Shown: positions 60,476-64,000 of the stretch, piece by piece
Layout of the letters: each line of letters begins with the position of its first letter
Numbering within the stretch: the first letter of the stretch is position 1
Assembly: GCA_002633005.1 (NCBI GenBank)
Contig: NMRA01000005.1
Span: 155,941 to 219,940, forward strand
Direction: 5' to 3'
Origin: Phoronis australis
Lineage: Eukaryota > Animalia > Phoronida
Length of the DNA: 64,000 nucleotides
Translations under genes and position numbers: made by a program
Notes under the pieces: model-generated
Database searches by the model: none
The model's input: the letters and a program-made list of their open reading frames with translations, nothing else
What the model was told of the DNA's origin: nothing

Positions 60476-61214
60476 GTACAGAGGAAAAACTGTCCCACTT
60501 GCCCGAGTGTACCGCGACACACTCCCACTGAAGGGTGGTATGAGCACCCAAACTGTTTACAACCCGACGTGTGACTCCCTCGCCACACACCTGGCACCTT
60601 CCAAATAGCTCCACAATAAACTTATCAAACTTAGGCTCACCGATCTGTTCATTGGATGACGAACTGTCCTCTTCACTGGGTGTCGAAGTGGGCATGTATT
60701 CACTCCCACTACTCAACATCGCTGCAGGGGTGCTTACAGGCTCTGGGCGAGAGACAACAGCACAGAGCGAATCACTGCTAATTCCCGGAATTACACGCAA
60801 TGGGGTACGTTCGGAGGCACGGGTGACAGTAGATGAAGTGCCTCCAGTCACTGTATAAGTGACCACAGCTCGCGAGACTTCTCGCTTCAAAAACGCACTT
60901 CTCGGGGTTGACGACGGGGCACTGCCGGGAATCAACAGCAATGGTATGGTACCCTTCTTCAGGCGTTGTTTCGCAAGGACCTTCATCAATTCCGCGTACA
61001 TATTTGTCATAGTCTGACGGCAGAAAATGCTTGCCACACACTCGGTAACCTGCTCTACTGCTTTGTACGTTGCGTGGACGGGTAGCGCTGCGTTCTTCAC
61101 ATGAACGAGCCAAGTACGGCGAAGTGTGTCATCCTTTGGAAAGCGATGCAAGGTACCCAAAGCGCGTGTGAAACGATAATGAGTACATCCCGGCACGGAG
61201 CAACAGCGTGGCAT
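60476..61214 (-). pseudogene. Kolobok-type transposase N-terminus: THAP zinc finger plus CxxC..C..H..W region, truncated before DDE
   Basis: MPRCCSVPGC..LHRFPKD..RRTW; RVCGKHF lies in a shifted frame; RLKKGTIP; RSAFLKRE; KFIVELFGRCQVCG...WECVAVHSGKWDS. Confidence 0.8.
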
Positions 61215-61460
61215 GTTGACTGACTTGTAAACAAAAGCAAACGACGACCCAACTTATCACAACCGAGGTAGAACAATGACTGACTCGACAGCTCTCACAG
61301 TCAGACTATAATGAAAAGAAATTGGCGCGAAACTCTTGCCTCCCAAAACGTCACTTCCGGGGTAGAGGACGAGAAATTAATCAAATTACGAAAAGCTGTA
61401 ATTAAGTGAAAAATGTGTCTGGGATAATCAACGAAACTTATTTTTGCTAAAAATGACATG

Positions 61461-61484
61461 AAAAAATGTTGCTTTCGCCTTTAA
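61461..61484 (-). mobile_element. Kolobok-like terminus upstream of the THAP ORF
   Basis: ...GCTTTCGCCT followed by TTAA (61481-61484); the partner end was not found in the window. Confidence 0.5.
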
Positions 61485-61614
61485 GAACAGTCCTATGAAG
61501 GAAATTCTTCGCTACAGACCAGAACTTTTGTGTATTTTTGTGCTCATTAGGGGGTTCATGATATTCGATGACTTCATGACGTAACTATTTCTTGAGTTGC
61601 GACAGCGCCCTCTG

Positions 61615-61855
61615 TCCTGTCTGTTCGACTACTACGTCTGTTTGGCAGTACCAACATGTTCATTCGACGACTAACCTGTCTGTTTGTTTAACTGACATGT
61701 TTGTTCGACAAGTTACCTGTCTGTTTTGCGCAACTGACTTGTTCGTTGGTTGAATAACCTGTCTGTTTGTCAAAATTTAAGTAAACAACCTGTTTGCCAA
61801 AATTGAACCAGATAACCTGTCTGTTTGAAAACTAACTTGTTCATTCAACAGTGTT
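61615..61855. repeat. Degenerate ~40-bp minisatellite (ACCTGTCTGTTT core)
   Basis: Core recurs about 6 times. Confidence 0.7.
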
Positions 61856-62921
61856 GTCTATTTCATTGAACCTTTTCGCTGACCATGAAAAGCGTGCCTA
61901 ACAAGTTTAATTGAGTGTAATTCTAGCCTATATATCGCGATAGTGGAAATTTCTTGATTTTTACACTCCAGGAGAATGGTACATAAAAGTGTTCCGTAGT
62001 TAGTTGTGAAATTATGAATTGAGGGACTAATACTTTAATATGCCGGTGTCTAGTCAATGGACCTTATACTTAATGTTGTTCTCATGTCGCACGTTTGGTG
62101 TTGTTGTTTCATTTTCAGGTCTAAAATTTGCTTACAAATTCCCCGAAAACCCTCTTTCAAATAGTCAGCACTACTAAAACACTAGGTTGCGGCCACGGGA
62201 CATTTCTAGTCCCTAGAATTTATGTAAAAGGCGTGTGTAAGGTTTGGCGACTGTTTTAACTGTGGAATGGGTTGAAAATAATTTCAAGGAAACTGAGTTA
62301 CTTGTGCTTTTGAATGAGAAAAGCCAAGTTTCTTAGCCGTGACCTACTTTTGATACAAAATGGTGGCTGTCATTTGCTTTTCCCTGTCACCTGCTGTGTA
62401 AGCTAGACACTGCGATTTCAGGTGGCTCTCAAACATTTACTTTGGTGTGCCGGCGTCAGCAGCCAAAACCCTGCAGTGCATCCCCTAACCTGCAACGGTC
62501 TGCCATCTTGAATTAATCACCATGACAACATGTATATAATTACTATATTTTATGCCTTCACCAGTTCCCCATTTTAGTGTGACAAATATGCTTCTGAATT
62601 ATTGTACCAACTGGCAATTGCTTAATTTTATTTATATACTCATTTAATTTTGACGGTGGCCATTTTGAATTATGAGTTACCATAGCAACACATTTTAAAG
62701 GAGAAAATTATATTTGTCAATTGAATCGTGCTCTGGTGTGTTTAGTTTCAGCTCTTTTAAAAATTAAAAAAATTCTTCCTTTTTCTAATCACAAATCTCT
62801 TTCATTTACAGCCTTGTATGTTGGTGGCCATCGGCAATGCAAATTTTCATTGAATGGTGGCCGTCTTGGCCAAATTGCCGCAATTACATAATAGTCGGTA
62901 TTTTTTCTAATTTTTGATTAA

Positions 62922-64000
62922 TTTTTATGCGCCCACATATTCAAATGTGGACGCATTGTGCCATCATCTCCGTCCGTCCGTCCGTCCGTCCGGCGTCCGC
63001 TGTTTTATCTCTAAAACGCCTCGACGTATCTTCATGAAATTCAGCACATGAGCGAACGGCATGAGCGAACTTTCGGACGGATCCGACTACCGGAGTGCCC
63101 CCTAGTAGCAATTTTAGTTTTTTACGTTTACCTCTGTATCTTCAAAAGTCCTGAACGGATTTTCATAAAATTTGGTATATTGGCACCTATTAGTCCTAGT
63201 GAGATGACTCTGTCATACCGTTTTGGTATGGATTCAACATAGTTTGCGCCACCTAGTGGCCAATTTTACTGTTTTCGATTTTTTTTTGCGTCCACCATTC
63301 TATCAACCAAACCTCTCAAGGGATGATTGTGAAAATTTGCACGTGTGTTCGGACTATAAAGTGGACGGCTGACGATGATTTTCCGACGATTTCGACAACT
63401 ATGGCGCCTCCTAGTGGCAGTTTTGTTTTTTTGCGCCTATGGCTGTATCTTCTAAACTATTTAAAGGATCTTTACTAAATTTAGTAAGTGTATTGATATA
63501 TGATGTTGACAATGGACGTCAACAACTTTCGAACAGATCTAACTACTGGTGTGCCACCTAGTGGCAATTTCATTTTTTTACGTTTACCTCTGTATGTTCA
63601 AGGGTCATCAACGTATTTTCATAAAATTTGGCATACAGGCATTTGTTAATGAAATGATGCTATCTCATGGTTTTCAGATGTATTCGACCTAGTTTGCGCC
63701 ACCTAGTGGCCACTTTTGCTGTTTTCGAGTATATTTTTGGGCGTCCACTCGTCTATCAACCAAACCGCTTTCAGGATAATCATTGTGAAAATTGGCATGT
63801 ATGTTTTACTATAGAGTGGATGACTCACGATGATTTTCCGACGAGTTCCACTACTGAGGCGCTTCCTAGAGGCAGTTTTGTTTTTTGTGCTTATCGCTGT
63901 AACTCCTAAACCGTTTGCAGGATCTTTACTTAATTTAGCTAATGTATTTATATGATGTTTACAACGGACAACGACGACTTTCGAACAGATCTGACTTTTG
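62922..64000 (+). mobile_element. HINE/Pearl-like element with internal CTCF-motif satellite, running off the window edge
   Basis: T-rich start, hairpin ATGCGCCCACAT..ATGTGGACGCAT (62927-62956), (CCGT)n, then ~150-bp subunits with a 450-bp period (63246 vs 63696). Confidence 0.75.

Noticed and set aside
51222-61480. Galileo/P-element (long repeat-rich TIRs plus THAP gene)
   Set aside because: The THAP ORF lies outside the right TIR and has Kolobok features; the TIR element has CCC ends and a 2-bp TSD rather than 7-8 bp.

Overview
Eukaryotic (marine-invertebrate-like, inferred) genomic DNA with two assembly gaps (36730-37672, 44374-45230), made mostly of nested and decayed transposable elements around one intact host gene. 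That gene is a single-exon 939-aa signal peptide-LRR-LRRCT-Ig-TM receptor (22432-25251), preceded by a dead tandem copy of its own 5' end. Recognisable TEs: a CR1/L2-group LINE 3' half, several Kolobok pieces (TTAA TSD, THAP transposase N-termini, KolX/P2X7-ballast-like exons), PIF/Harbinger and hAT MITEs, a Gypsy remnant interrupted by a BEL/Pao remnant, a Penelope remnant with a minimal hammerhead ribozyme, a pogo-like transposon, and Helentron-like non-autonomous elements (HINEs) with internal tandem repeats. The most unusual structures are: (i) a ~9 kb CCC-ended foldback element (51222-60180) whose ~0.9 kb inverted arms are ordered arrays of ~140-bp A/B units; (ii) a THAP gene fragment with an inverted copy of its own start, a potential hairpin; (iii) satellites carrying a CTCF-like motif every ~150 bp; and (iv) tandemly amplified terminal hairpins of HINEs. 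There is no evidence for CRISPR or prokaryotic systems. Family assignments come from motifs recognised by eye, not from database searches, and coordinates of degenerate elements are approximate.
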